NCBI GenBank assembly: GCA_039586365.1
Contig: JBDHKN010000016.1
Coordinates: forward strand, 60,957-124,956
Source: Gemmatimonadota bacterium
GTDB taxonomy: Bacteria > Gemmatimonadota > Gemmatimonadetes > Gemmatimonadales > GWC2-71-9
Reading direction: 5' to 3'
DNA: 64,000 nucleotides
The notes beneath the pieces are model-generated. The model made no database searches and was not told where the DNA came from. It was given only the letters and a program-made list of their open reading frames with translations. Position 1 is the first letter of the stretch, and each line of letters starts with the position of its first letter. Below are positions 19,574 to 30,009 of the stretch, one piece after another. Position numbers and translations under genes: made by a program.

Positions 19574-19914
19574 GATCTCGGGATCCGCAACTGGATGTGC
19601 GCATAGGATACGGGTTTTGAGCGCATCGGGCCAGTTGTGGGAAGCTGATGTCCTTGCAGTCGTCGGCGATCCAGGGTTTTGGCATCGACAGTAGTCGCCG
19701 TTCGCGGACGGCTGACAGCCGTTGGAGAGTCAGCGGTCGATGCAGCGGCCCAGGCATGATCCTGCCACGGCCCCTCACTGGTCCATTACAGACAGGCTCT
19801 GCATATTCGCAGAGGTCCGGCGGCAAGAAGGTATCCGCTCGGACTGCCAGGCAAGCGAAGAGTAGCTACCCGGCTTCTCAACAATGAGTGATCCTCAACC
19901 GACTGGCTGCAGCG

Positions 19915-20784
19915 ATGTCTGACACAAAACCGATCCTCGTCGTAGGTGCTACCGGTATGCTGGGTGAACCGGTCGCGCGACGACTCCAGGCCGACGGCCT
20001 TGGCGTACGCGTGCTGGCTCGGTCACCGGAACGGGCCAAGCAACGGCTCGGAAGTACCTACGAGATCGTGCAAGGTGACGTCGAGAAACCGGATACACTG
20101 GGGCCGGCGATGCAAGGCTGCTACGGCGTGTACATCACCTTGAATGGCGAGCCGGACCCGGCGAGCCACGATCGCATCGTGCATCGGGGGACCGCCAATC
20201 TCGCCCAGGCTGCTGCGAACGCCGGTGTCGAGCGGTTGCACATGATCACTGGGGCGTCAGTCTCAGACGAGAACGCATGGTTCTACGCCACGAAGGCGAA
20301 GCTCCAGGCTGAATCAGCGATTAGAGCCAGCGGCGTTCCGTATTCCATTTGGAGAGCGACGTGGTTCATGGAGTCGCTGCCCCTCTTTGTGCGAGGAAAC
20401 AAAGCGGTCGTGACGGGTAAGCAGCCGCACCTGTGGAGCTGGATAGCGGTCGAGGACTACGCCCGCATGGTGTCGACCGCATTTCGCACGCCGGAGGCTG
20501 CCAACAAGACATTCTATGTACACGGGCCCGAGGGACTCACCATGCGGCAGGCCCTGGAGTTTTACTGCGGCCGAGTGCGGCCAGGGGTGAGAGTCTCCAG
20601 TGCGCCGCTCTGGTTCCTGTCGCTCGTGGCTCGCGTCACCCGCAATGACACGATGCAGAGCGCCGTAGGCCTCATGCGGTATTTCGAGAAGGTCCCAGAG
20701 CAAGGCGACCCCACAGAGGCCAATGCGCTACTCGGGGCACCGGCAACGACGCTGGCCGAGTGGTGCCAGAAACAGCAGGCGTGA
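19915..20784 (+). CDS. NAD(P)-binding SDR/NmrA-like protein
   Basis: ILVVGATGMLG Rossmann motif, YATKAK, RATWFME. Confidence 0.85.
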   Translation: MSDTKPILVVGATGMLGEPVARRLQADGLGVRVLARSPERAKQRLGSTYEIVQGDVEKPDTLGPAMQGCYGVYITLNGEPDPASHDRIVHRGTANLAQAAANAGVERLHMITGASVSDENAWFYATKAKLQAESAIRASGVPYSIWRATWFMESLPLFVRGNKAVVTGKQPHLWSWIAVEDYARMVSTAFRTPEAANKTFYVHGPEGLTMRQALEFYCGRVRPGVRVSSAPLWFLSLVARVTRNDTMQSAVGLMRYFEKVPEQGDPTEANALLGAPATTLAEWCQKQQA

Positions 20785-20875
20785 GCAGGTCCCTCTGCAC
20801 AACGGATGGCAGGTGCAGCATCAATGGTTGAGCAAACAGCCGCTGTTTGTGGGTTGGACGTTGGAAATCAACGCT

Positions 20876-21925
20876 CTACCGACGCGTCAGGAACTGCACG
20901 ACTGTCCGATTAACCAACTCAGTCTGCACGACTGTTAGGTCGTGGCCCGCATCCGGGATTATCTGTGTCTCTATCTGAGGCGCCACAGTTGTGAGGCGCT
21001 CGATAGCCGCTAGCGCGGGGTAGATCTTCTCGTTCTCTCCCACCAAGAAGAGAGTCGGCACATGGATGCTCTGGAGCTGACTGTCGGTCAGGACATCAGG
21101 GTTGACCAATCTGGTCAGTTTGTAGCTGCGGATTGCCAGGTATGCTGCGTCGATTTCCTGCTCGAGGAACTCTCGGCTGGCTTCGTCCTTTGCCGCCAAG
21201 TCCTGCAACAACCAGTAGAGAAAGCTGCGGGTGAAGCGACGACTGGGCAGGGCGCACAGCATTGCACGCCGAATCCAACCGAAGGACAGCGGCAACACCG
21301 TGCCGGCCGGAGCCAGCAACACTACCCTGTCCAGACGATGCGGGAAACGCACCGAGTACTGGCTCGCGAGCCAGCCCCCGTAGGACAGACCAACCAGGCT
21401 TATGCTGTCTCCCAGTTCGAGAGTATCGAACAACTCGTCCAGCCAGCTTGTGAAGTCATCCGCACTCGTCGGGATACGGGTATACACGCTCCTGCCGTAG
21501 TCATAGATCGCATCGACTGCGTAGCTTCTATGCCGTTGCGATAGGGCCGCGACGTTGGGGCGCCACTGCAGCGAATTGCCGCCGGCTCCATGGAGCAGCA
21601 CCAGCGGTGGAGCGCTATCCGGCCCGCTGATGCGCGCGAACGTCGGGCCAAAGGATGTGCTGACCGTTATGGTGTCGGACGGGATTGGCCATTCTCTTGC
21701 CCTGGAGTCGTATAGTCCGAGGTAGCGTGCCTTCGCTGCGGCGGATCGAAACGGGTGATGTGGTGAGTCCATATCCCCGGATCCGGAGAATAGCCATGCG
21801 GCCAAGCCCACTATTAGGATCGCGCCGAACCCAACAGCCACACCGCACCCCAACAACAGCCGGCGCAGGATGCGTCCGCTCTCTCCTAGTCGGCTTGTGA
21901 TGGATCTCACCGCGTTTGTCCTCAT
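20876..21925 (-). CDS. Membrane-anchored alpha/beta hydrolase
   Basis: N-terminal TM, LLHGAGG, GLSYGG, DAGHDL. Start uncertain. Confidence 0.85.
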   Translation of the reverse strand: MRTNAVRSITSRLGESGRILRRLLLGCGVAVGFGAILIVGLAAWLFSGSGDMDSPHHPFRSAAAKARYLGLYDSRAREWPIPSDTITVSTSFGPTFARISGPDSAPPLVLLHGAGGNSLQWRPNVAALSQRHRSYAVDAIYDYGRSVYTRIPTSADDFTSWLDELFDTLELGDSISLVGLSYGGWLASQYSVRFPHRLDRVVLLAPAGTVLPLSFGWIRRAMLCALPSRRFTRSFLYWLLQDLAAKDEASREFLEQEIDAAYLAIRSYKLTRLVNPDVLTDSQLQSIHVPTLFLVGENEKIYPALAAIERLTTVAPQIETQIIPDAGHDLTVVQTELVNRTVVQFLTRR

Positions 21926-22005
21926 CCTCCGGTCTTGCGTCTCAAAGCTGGCTTCTGTCCGCGCGGCGAGGAGATCCCCACACCCTGACTGGAACAGAGG
22001 GCGGG

Positions 22006-24759
22006 TCACTCGCAACGAAGCGCATTCATCGGATCGATCCGCGCAGCACGACGGGCTGGAATGAGGCTGGCCAGCAACACGACCAGGAACAGTACAGCCC
22101 CCACGGACCCGAATGAGATCGGATCGAGAGGGCTCACGCCAAGTAGCACTGAGCGCATCGCGAATCCGAATCCAACCGCCAAGAGTGCTCCCACCGCCAG
22201 CCCCGGTGTCGCCAGGCGCACGGCGTCACGCAGGACTGCTCCCAGAACTCGCTCTCGCGTGGCACCCAGTGCCATCCGGACGCCGATCTCGCGAGCGCGG
22301 TTGGCGGTAACAAGAGCCACAACTCCGTACACGCCGATAGCTGCGAGGAGCAACGCCAGCAGTCCCAGCGCGCCGGCCACTCGGGCTGTAAGACGCTGGC
22401 TCTCCGTGCTGTGACTCACCAGTGACTCCGAGGTGACTACCTCGGGGATCGGGAGTCGCGGATCCACGTCCAGGATAGCCGACTGGATGGGTCTGACCAA
22501 AGCCTGCGGGTCCGCGATTGCTCTGACCACGATCATGATTCGGGGCCAGTAGTTCTGTCTCAGGGCCGCAAACACGTGGGGCTGGTCCTCTGTGGGTCTG
22601 CTGGAAGCCACGTGGAGGGCGACTCCCACCACGGTGAATGCCGTCGCGCTGTCTGAGCTGAGAGCGAAGCGCAGCCGCCGGCCCAACGCCGGTTCCCCAG
22701 GCCACAACCGCCCGGCCAACGTCTCCGTGATGACGACGACGGGTTCGGAGGACTCCCGGTCTGTGGTCTCGAATCCACGGCCGCGGAGAATTGGAGTTCC
22801 GATCACCTCGAAGAACCCTTCGCTGGCCCGGGTGAACTCGACGCGCACGCGCCCACCTTGCTCCTCTGCTCGATCCGCCCGCGAGACGCTGGTGTAGTTG
22901 CCAACCAGATCCAGGGGAACTCCGTCTGCAAGTGACACCGATTGCACTCCAGACAGCGACCCGATCGACTGCATCATGCGGTCAAGAAAGACACCGGCTT
23001 CTGCGAGGGACTGATGACCCTGCTGGGACAGATCTATCCTCGTCATCAGGAGGCCGTGCGGATCGAAGCCAAGTTCTCTGTGATCCATCACGCCCACCGC
23101 GCGTAGGCACACGCTGCATACCAGCAGGAGGACCAGGGCGACCCCCGTCTGAGCAGACGCGGCGAGGCGATGGACGCGGCCTACGCGACGACCACCACCA
23201 CCGGCATCATCCTTTAGCACTGAGATCAATTGGGGACGACTGAAACGAATAGCCGGAAACAGTCCGAACACGAGTGTCGTGCTCAGTGTGAGTGCCAGCG
23301 AGTACGCGAGGATCGCGCTGTTGGGTCCCCAGCCTAGGTCGGGAATCCCGGTCACCATCGCAGGGAGGACGTCGCTTGTTACCCAGAAAGCCAGCAGGGT
23401 ACCCAACCCTCCTCCGGCGAGGGCCAGCAGCAGCGCCTCGACCATCAAGAGGCGCACGAGACGCCGTCGGCTGGATCCCAGTGCTAAGCGGACTCCTAGT
23501 TCCCGTTCCCTGGCTGCACTGCGTGCCAACACCATCCCGGCCACGTTGCTGCAGATGATCAGCAGAACCACACCTAATAGGGCGAAGAGCCCTCTCGTGG
23601 CCAGCAACGACGCTGCCCTTCCTCGGGCGGGTACCGGGCCAAATGAGGCGGCCCGGGCTCGCCGATCTTGGTTGGACTCCGGGTAATCCTCTGCGAGCCT
23701 GGCAAAGACGGTCTGGAGAGACGCGCTGGCTTCATCCACTGTGGCTCCCGGACGCAGTCGTCCCAAGACCCGCAACCAGAGCGCATGCCGATTCGCAGTG
23801 TAGTGGTTCGCGCCTGCTACCCAGGAGTCCTGCATCAGCGGCACCCACAAATCGGTACCCTGCTGGAGGACTCGGTGTCCCTTGAACGCCGCTGGAGCCA
23901 CGCCCACCACCGTGTACGGAGTTCGATTTAGAGTTATCGTTTGGCCGATGACATCAGGGTCTCCACCGAGTCGGTTCTGCCACATGTCGTGGCTCACCAC
24001 GGCCACCGGGTGTTGACCGGGTCCCACGTCCTCGGAGACCAGGAAGTCCCGACCCAGCGGGGGAATTATGCCCAACACACGGAAGTAGCTGGCCGACACA
24101 TACATCACACGGACACGCTGGCCGCCGTCGGCCGTTCCCAGCGTCCCTTCCCGGTCCTTCCATCCCGCCAGCATTGCGATGGGTGTTTCAGTGTCGGTGA
24201 CATCCTGAAAGTCGGGATACGCCCAAGCCTCGTACTCAATTCCGCGGCGGGTTACGAGCAGTTCCACGACCCTGTCTGGCCCACGCACCCCTGGAACCGG
24301 CTCCAGCCACGTCGCATGGAAGATCGTGAACACCCCGGTATTGACCCCGATTCCCACTGCCAGGGACATCACGGCGATTAGCGCAAAGCCGCGAGAACCC
24401 GTCAAACCCCTGAGAGCAAACCGCAGGTCCCGCCCAAGATCACCCAGCCATCCGCTCGAAGTCGATCTCTTCACCGGAGACACGATGACGTCTCCGTTCA
24501 GCTGAAGTGCTGGCCCTGTGCGCCGCGCTCTCACCGCCATGAGCAAGACACCCCCAAGCTCTTTCATCGTGAACCACAGGACCGCGCCGACTCCTTTCTC
24601 CTTCCGGCAGTGTCGCTGGCCCGCGACGAACGTGCAGAGCAGCTCGGATTGCAGGTGTGACCGGACCGTGCGTGGGAGGAGTGTCAACAGGGCCCGGTAG
24701 GCCAGCTTGCCAAAACGCTCCAAGATTCCAGCCGGTTCGTGAGTGTTGTGTACGGTCAT
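22006..24759 (-). CDS. ADOP-type duplicated MacB/FtsX-like ABC permease
   Basis: DLRFALRGL...LAVGIGVNT, RERELGVRLALG and REIGVRMALGA repeats, terminal PARRAARIDPMNALRCE. Confidence 0.92.
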   Translation of the reverse strand: MTVHNTHEPAGILERFGKLAYRALLTLLPRTVRSHLQSELLCTFVAGQRHCRKEKGVGAVLWFTMKELGGVLLMAVRARRTGPALQLNGDVIVSPVKRSTSSGWLGDLGRDLRFALRGLTGSRGFALIAVMSLAVGIGVNTGVFTIFHATWLEPVPGVRGPDRVVELLVTRRGIEYEAWAYPDFQDVTDTETPIAMLAGWKDREGTLGTADGGQRVRVMYVSASYFRVLGIIPPLGRDFLVSEDVGPGQHPVAVVSHDMWQNRLGGDPDVIGQTITLNRTPYTVVGVAPAAFKGHRVLQQGTDLWVPLMQDSWVAGANHYTANRHALWLRVLGRLRPGATVDEASASLQTVFARLAEDYPESNQDRRARAASFGPVPARGRAASLLATRGLFALLGVVLLIICSNVAGMVLARSAARERELGVRLALGSSRRRLVRLLMVEALLLALAGGGLGTLLAFWVTSDVLPAMVTGIPDLGWGPNSAILAYSLALTLSTTLVFGLFPAIRFSRPQLISVLKDDAGGGGRRVGRVHRLAASAQTGVALVLLLVCSVCLRAVGVMDHRELGFDPHGLLMTRIDLSQQGHQSLAEAGVFLDRMMQSIGSLSGVQSVSLADGVPLDLVGNYTSVSRADRAEEQGGRVRVEFTRASEGFFEVIGTPILRGRGFETTDRESSEPVVVITETLAGRLWPGEPALGRRLRFALSSDSATAFTVVGVALHVASSRPTEDQPHVFAALRQNYWPRIMIVVRAIADPQALVRPIQSAILDVDPRLPIPEVVTSESLVSHSTESQRLTARVAGALGLLALLLAAIGVYGVVALVTANRAREIGVRMALGATRERVLGAVLRDAVRLATPGLAVGALLAVGFGFAMRSVLLGVSPLDPISFGSVGAVLFLVVLLASLIPARRAARIDPMNALRCE

Positions 24760-25166
24760 GTCGTACTCGCCCGCGCGTTCCCAGCCGAAGGCGCCCCGCC
24801 CACACCGATTCCCCTGGCATGCCGCATGAGTTCGGACAACCGCGCTGTCTCCGCTGCAAGTACGCGGCGACCTAGCGAAGTCAACGTGTAGTAACGCCGC
24901 CGCGGGTCTGTGTCGTCGGACGGGCGCGGTGCATTGGTGACGAGTCCTTGTTTCTCGAGTCTCGCCATGGCCAGGTAGAGCGATCCACTACTGGGCTGCG
25001 TTCTGCGCTCGGTCAGCTCGCCGATCCGCTTGATAATGCCCCATCCGTGAATATCACCTTCCGCCAGCGCCAGCAGCACGTGCAGCGCCAAGTCTGGCAA
25101 CGGCAGGAAAGACGCGGGGCTGCTCCTATTGAGATCAGCGTGGCGAGGGGTGCGTTTGTCGGCCAT
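24756..25166 (-). CDS. PadR-family transcriptional regulator (acidobacterial type)
   Basis: LLALAEGDIHGWGI, GSLYLAMARLE, RRRYYTLT. The stop overlaps the permease start. Confidence 0.92.
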   Translation of the reverse strand: MADKRTPRHADLNRSSPASFLPLPDLALHVLLALAEGDIHGWGIIKRIGELTERRTQPSSGSLYLAMARLEKQGLVTNAPRPSDDTDPRRRYYTLTSLGRRVLAAETARLSELMRHARGIGVGGAPSAGNARASTT

Positions 25167-25495
25167 GCTAGGTGCCTCGTGATAATGTCGATTTATTACA
25201 AATCTAGTTTCAGTGTTGGCATTGGCAAGTGCGGGGTTGGCTGATCACGCAGCCGCCGTACGACGTCCACCTATCTGGATGGACTCACGGTTGATGCCGG
25301 CGATAACGGGGGTGTTTGGGTCTTGGGGAAGGTGAGCACGCTTGCCAGGCTAGATCGGCCGGCCGGGGCCCACGCAGATTGTTCCAGCGGCGGCTAGAGG
25401 GTCTGGAGGAACTGATGCCGGACGGGGGGCATCTGGTCTCCTGTGCTGAGAGATTGTGAGACGGGTGCCCCTACCGGTCACGGCGGTGGTGTGTT

Positions 25496-25789
25496 CTACG
25501 TCTCGTGATAGACCGGGTCACCCATTTCCGCAAAAGCGAAGTTGTAGAACACGTTGTGCCCGTTGTAGTCCATGACTCTTAGGTCATCGGTCTGATTCAA
25601 GTCGCCCATCACCACCGCGTAGTGGTTCCCGTACCTGGCCTTCACCCTCTCGAGCGGAACTTCGCGCGCCACGAATTTCTTGATGCCTTTTGCTTGCAGC
25701 TTGTTCAGGAAGTCAGGCTCTGTGAATGTGTCGTACGTGGTCAGTATGAGGATTGGACCACTTCCCGTAAAGAAGATCCCCGCATGCAT
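25496..25789 (-). CDS. Small conserved cytosolic hypothetical protein
   Basis: 97 aa globular-looking ORF with a strong RBS (GGAGGT). GIFFTGSGPILILT and DLRVMDYNGH motifs. Confidence 0.75.
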   Translation of the reverse strand: MHAGIFFTGSGPILILTTYDTFTEPDFLNKLQAKGIKKFVAREVPLERVKARYGNHYAVVMGDLNQTDDLRVMDYNGHNVFYNFAFAEMGDPVYHET

Positions 25790-25983
25790 GGTACCACCTC
25801 CATTCCATCTCGTTTCCGTGCGGAAACGGTAGTGGCAGGAACCTCAATTTTCACTTACTAAGTATCGCTAGCCTGTTCGGAACATGCACCGGCCGACTGT
25901 AGTCAAGCGCAGCCGTTGATCTGCTCGCGTGGTTGCGCAGCGTTGAGTTATGCTGCGAGGAGTTGTCATCTAAAGCCAGCAAC

Positions 25984-27531
25984 TCACCGCGGGAGTTGTC
26001 GCCGCATCACTACGGCATCTGTGATACTCTCCGCGAGCCTGTCAATGAGATCGCTCAGGTCGGCCGCCCTGCGCCGCGCAGTAGTTGTGAAGATGAGACG
26101 AGCGATGGCGTAGGAGCCTCCTATTGCGAGTCCGGCCAGGCCAAGCGCAAGCACCGGCATGCCGGCGCTGAGCCCCATACCCAGCGCGATGCCGGTTCCT
26201 CCGCCTCCACCACCTCCCATGATTCCGCCGAATAGTCCGCCTGCGAGATTGCCGAGGCGTTCCTGGATGCGTATGGTCGTGCGCCCGGACCTTGGTCTGA
26301 CAGACACGCTCACTTGGCGAAAGCCCTGAACCGCTTGGGTACGCCATGTGAGCGAGCGACCCAGCGTGTCGATCTCACCGATAGTGCCGAGCGTCGCCCC
26401 GATCTCCTCAACCAGCTCCGGATACTCGGACTCCGGGAATTCCCCATCGACGGTTCGCTCGAACTCGAGCAGCACTGGGCTGCCAAGAAAGGCGTTGTGG
26501 CTAGGGCGTTTCTCGGGCTGGTCGAGCGACTTCGCTGCTCGTTCGACATAGTGTGGGGGAATGCCCACCTCCGCTGCGATTTGCTGTACTCCGCCCAGCG
26601 AAAGGGCGTCGTCGCGTGTGGGATTCTGCAGCTGGAGGTCGGCCGCCCTCTTTACGATCTCCTTTGCCTCTGTATGGCGGTACGTCGGTTTCGCCTCGAA
26701 TGAGGCAGCCAGTGCTGCCGCGAGTTCGTTGGGTGTCGCGAAGCGATCGTGGGGCTTGAGCGACATGGCCTGAACGAGAACCTGTTCAGCCGATCCCGGC
26801 AGGTGATCCAGCCGGTCGCGATGCCGGGGGGATGCGTCGACGAACCGGCCGAGTCTTACCGCTTCCTCCGTAGGCCACATCTCAGGCGTTTCGCCCACGA
26901 CCATCTCGTAGAAGACGCAGGCGAGGCTGTAGACGTCGGTCCTCTCAGAGAGATCGGTGCGACCGATGGACTGTTCGGGACTCATGTATCCAGGCGTTCC
27001 CAGGGGGAATCCGGTTCGCGTCAGATGGACGCCACCAGCCGTACTGATCGCCTTGGCGATTCCGAAGTCCGCCACCACGGCATGACCCTCGGAGAGCAGT
27101 ATGTTCTCGGGCTTGATGTCGCGATGTACTACGCCGTGCCGATGTGCGTATGTCAGGGCGCTGGCGACTTCATCAACGAGCTTCAGGGCTCGCGCCGGCT
27201 CTACGGTCCCCGCACGATTGAGCAGACCCCGCAACGACTCCCCCTCAACGAAAGGCATGACGTAGTGCAGACACCCGTCGGCATCGCACGAATCATGGAG
27301 CGGCAAGATGTGGGGGTGCGTAAGTCTCGCTGCAATCTCGATTTCCTTGAGGAACCGTTCACTGCCCAGTGCTTCAGCCAACTCCGGCCGCAACACTTTC
27401 ACCGCGACCTTGCGGTGATGCTTCAGATCCTCCGCCAAATAGACGGTGGCCATACCGCCACGTCCGATGGCGCGCACGAGGCGGTAAGCGTTGCCGATTG
27501 CTGACTGTACAGTTTCGAGGGTCGTGGGCAC
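25984..27531 (-). CDS. Ser/Thr protein kinase with a C-terminal membrane-associated domain
   Basis: IGRGGMA, HRDIKPEN, DFG, GTPGYMSPE. C-terminal EIVKRAADLQ...IAAEVGI domain and Gly-rich TM hairpin. Confidence 0.9.
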   Translation of the reverse strand: MPTTLETVQSAIGNAYRLVRAIGRGGMATVYLAEDLKHHRKVAVKVLRPELAEALGSERFLKEIEIAARLTHPHILPLHDSCDADGCLHYVMPFVEGESLRGLLNRAGTVEPARALKLVDEVASALTYAHRHGVVHRDIKPENILLSEGHAVVADFGIAKAISTAGGVHLTRTGFPLGTPGYMSPEQSIGRTDLSERTDVYSLACVFYEMVVGETPEMWPTEEAVRLGRFVDASPRHRDRLDHLPGSAEQVLVQAMSLKPHDRFATPNELAAALAASFEAKPTYRHTEAKEIVKRAADLQLQNPTRDDALSLGGVQQIAAEVGIPPHYVERAAKSLDQPEKRPSHNAFLGSPVLLEFERTVDGEFPESEYPELVEEIGATLGTIGEIDTLGRSLTWRTQAVQGFRQVSVSVRPRSGRTTIRIQERLGNLAGGLFGGIMGGGGGGGTGIALGMGLSAGMPVLALGLAGLAIGGSYAIARLIFTTTARRRAADLSDLIDRLAESITDAVVMRRQLPR

Positions 27532-27581
27532 TGGAGCGATCTCCCCGCTCGTGTCTGATGTCGGTGCTCTTTGCTACGATT

Positions 27582-29741
27582 TCAGCGGCTGGACTGGCTG
27601 CTGACCTCTGACGTTCCCGGCATCAGCTTGCGTTCAAGAAACTCAGCGGTGGCATTGTACACGGTGAGCACGTTGGCGTGACGCAAGAAGTGGTGTGTGT
27701 CCTCGGGAATCACGAGGGTCTCGTGCGGCACACCGTGATCGTCTAAGCGGCGCACCAGGTCCGCGCTCTGGTTGAAGCGAACATTGCGGTCGTCGTCGCC
27801 GTGAATAACCAGCACCGGCGACCGCCAGGTTGCCATGGATGATACCGGTGATGATTCCCAGGCTACCTGCAATGCGCGCTCGATGTCAGGTGCCTGTTCG
27901 TAGCGGTCACGAGTCATCATGCCGCGTGCGCGCTCGCTGGTCCAATCATGCACGCCGTGGACATCGACGCCGGCCGCGAACAAGTCGGAATTCCGTGCCA
28001 GAGCCAGCGCGGTAAGAAATCCCCCGTACGAGCCGCCGTAGATCCCGATGCGAGAACCGTCCACTTGCGGTAACGCGCGCAGGTACTCGGCGGCGGCCTT
28101 TACGTCCAGGTATTCCGCCGCCCCACGCGAGCCGGAGTTGGGTGGCTGGTGGAAGTCATAACCGTACCCGATGCCGAGTCGGAAGTTCACCGACAACACG
28201 ACGAAGCCGCGACTAGTGAGATACTGGTTGACTGCATAGGCGTTTGAGTAGTAGTCCGAGTAGTGCCAACCCAGCAGCATTTGCCGGGGAGGCCCGCCGT
28301 GAACGAAGATCACTGCGGGTTTCTTCGCTGCGCCGCCTGGCTGCTCGAACATCTGGGCGTGGACGGTGACACCGTCCGGCGCCTGCAAGATCACCTGGGT
28401 CGGGGTGACGAGCTGCGCGGTAGGGAAGTCCGCTGGGATGCGGTCGGCAGCCAGTGTCTGGGTACTGCCATCCGCGAACGACATCACCATAGGAAGCGGT
28501 GGCTGCTGTGCTGTTGCGCCGATGAAGGCCAATGTGTTGCCGTCACCCGTTACGGCCGGATACCAACCGAGTTGAGCGCCCGGCGTCATGACTTCGGGTG
28601 CCACCCGGTCCACCGGCACACGCACCACGTGCCGCCGTTCGATGTCGAGTGGATCGCTCCCCGTGTTGCCCGCGAAGACAAGCCACTTGCCATCATGACT
28701 CAGTGAGATGTGCTCGGCCATATACTCACCGGGGGTGAGCAGCAGCGGGTCGCCGCCGCTATCGCGGATCGAGTAGAGGTGCTGCCAACCGTCCTCATAC
28801 GAGAGGAACACGATCCGTCCAGCCGCGGTCCAGTGAAGGTTGCTGCCACCATGAGTGCTGGGGACCGATCCCTCCAGTGTCTCCGGAGCCCGCCAAAGCC
28901 GCTGCCCTTCGCCCGTCGTGGCGTCGGCGGTCCAGATCTCCCAGGGCCGGTGTCGCCGCACGAGGATCGAATCGGGGGCCCCACCGGAGCCCGGTTGCCT
29001 CACGAAAGCGATCCGGGTTCCGTCAGGCGACCAGCGCGGCGAGCGGTCGCGTGCGAACGTCGGTGTGAGCCAGACAACCGGCGTGGAGTCATTGGTGTAC
29101 ACTCCGACGAACGCGTGGTCGCTCCGGTTGGAAACGAAGGCAAGACGCGAGCCGTCTGGTGACCAGCGCGGTTCTCCATTGCTCCCGCGCGCCGAGAAGA
29201 GCACTTTGGCCTGGGCAGAACCATCGATAGGTACGGTCCAAATCTGCCCATTCTTCACGAAGGCCACGACCTCGCTGCGCGGTGAAATCACCGGTCCCTC
29301 GCCGTCACCCAAGACTGTGGGCTCGCCGCCCGCGAACGGGGCAGAGAGAATCTGGACTTTGGGTGGCGTAGGGCTGCTCGTGACGTTCACCGGCTGGTGA
29401 TCGTCCCAGTTCGACCCGTGGTCGCCGCCGCGTACGTACACCACCCAGCGCCCGTCAGGCGACAGCGCAACACTCGATAGTTCCTGCCCGTCGTCAGCGA
29501 GGTAACGCGTTAGGCGCCGTGCCGCGAAGTCGGGTCCGGCAGCTACGTAAATGTTGCGTTGGCCTTGTTCGTTGAACGCCCAGGCGAGCCGAGCGCCGGT
29601 TGCCGCCGTAGTGAGCTCGGTGGGGAACGGATAGGAGCGTACCTGCTCGAATGTGAAGCCTGCGGCGGGTGCGCTCTGGGCTGAGACCGTTCCTGCCACA
29701 GTGGCGAGGGCGATTAGGCAAGTCCCGAGAGGTTTGTTCAT
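27582..29741 (-). CDS. Secreted S9 peptidase with PD40/WD40 propeller
   Basis: Signal peptide, WSPDG repeats, HGGP, GGSYGG, HGDDDRNV, His in DTHH. Confidence 0.93.
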   Translation of the reverse strand: MNKPLGTCLIALATVAGTVSAQSAPAAGFTFEQVRSYPFPTELTTAATGARLAWAFNEQGQRNIYVAAGPDFAARRLTRYLADDGQELSSVALSPDGRWVVYVRGGDHGSNWDDHQPVNVTSSPTPPKVQILSAPFAGGEPTVLGDGEGPVISPRSEVVAFVKNGQIWTVPIDGSAQAKVLFSARGSNGEPRWSPDGSRLAFVSNRSDHAFVGVYTNDSTPVVWLTPTFARDRSPRWSPDGTRIAFVRQPGSGGAPDSILVRRHRPWEIWTADATTGEGQRLWRAPETLEGSVPSTHGGSNLHWTAAGRIVFLSYEDGWQHLYSIRDSGGDPLLLTPGEYMAEHISLSHDGKWLVFAGNTGSDPLDIERRHVVRVPVDRVAPEVMTPGAQLGWYPAVTGDGNTLAFIGATAQQPPLPMVMSFADGSTQTLAADRIPADFPTAQLVTPTQVILQAPDGVTVHAQMFEQPGGAAKKPAVIFVHGGPPRQMLLGWHYSDYYSNAYAVNQYLTSRGFVVLSVNFRLGIGYGYDFHQPPNSGSRGAAEYLDVKAAAEYLRALPQVDGSRIGIYGGSYGGFLTALALARNSDLFAAGVDVHGVHDWTSERARGMMTRDRYEQAPDIERALQVAWESSPVSSMATWRSPVLVIHGDDDRNVRFNQSADLVRRLDDHGVPHETLVIPEDTHHFLRHANVLTVYNATAEFLERKLMPGTSEVSSQSSR

Positions 29742-30009
29742 GGCCGAACCATCCTGGAGGGGAGACGAATGCCGCAATGTATGCGACTCGACACGGGGTA
29801 TCCAGGCGGCGGTTCGCAACTCCCCGCTACCGAGTCGCGCGATGTCACCCGGATTGCTTTGGTACTGACAGCGACGCTGTAGCTGGAACGGCGCGATCGC
29901 AGGGAATAGCGTCTACATTATCGTGGTAATGCGGTGCCAGAGGATGCTGTGTGAAGAAGCTTCGTCGGTCTTCAACCTGGTGAGACGATGCTCGGTCGCG
30001 CGTTGAAAT

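Noticed and set aside
25181..25205. PadR operator-like ATGTCGA sequence, and a similar element near 47420
   Set aside because: Imperfect palindromes and only two weak instances.
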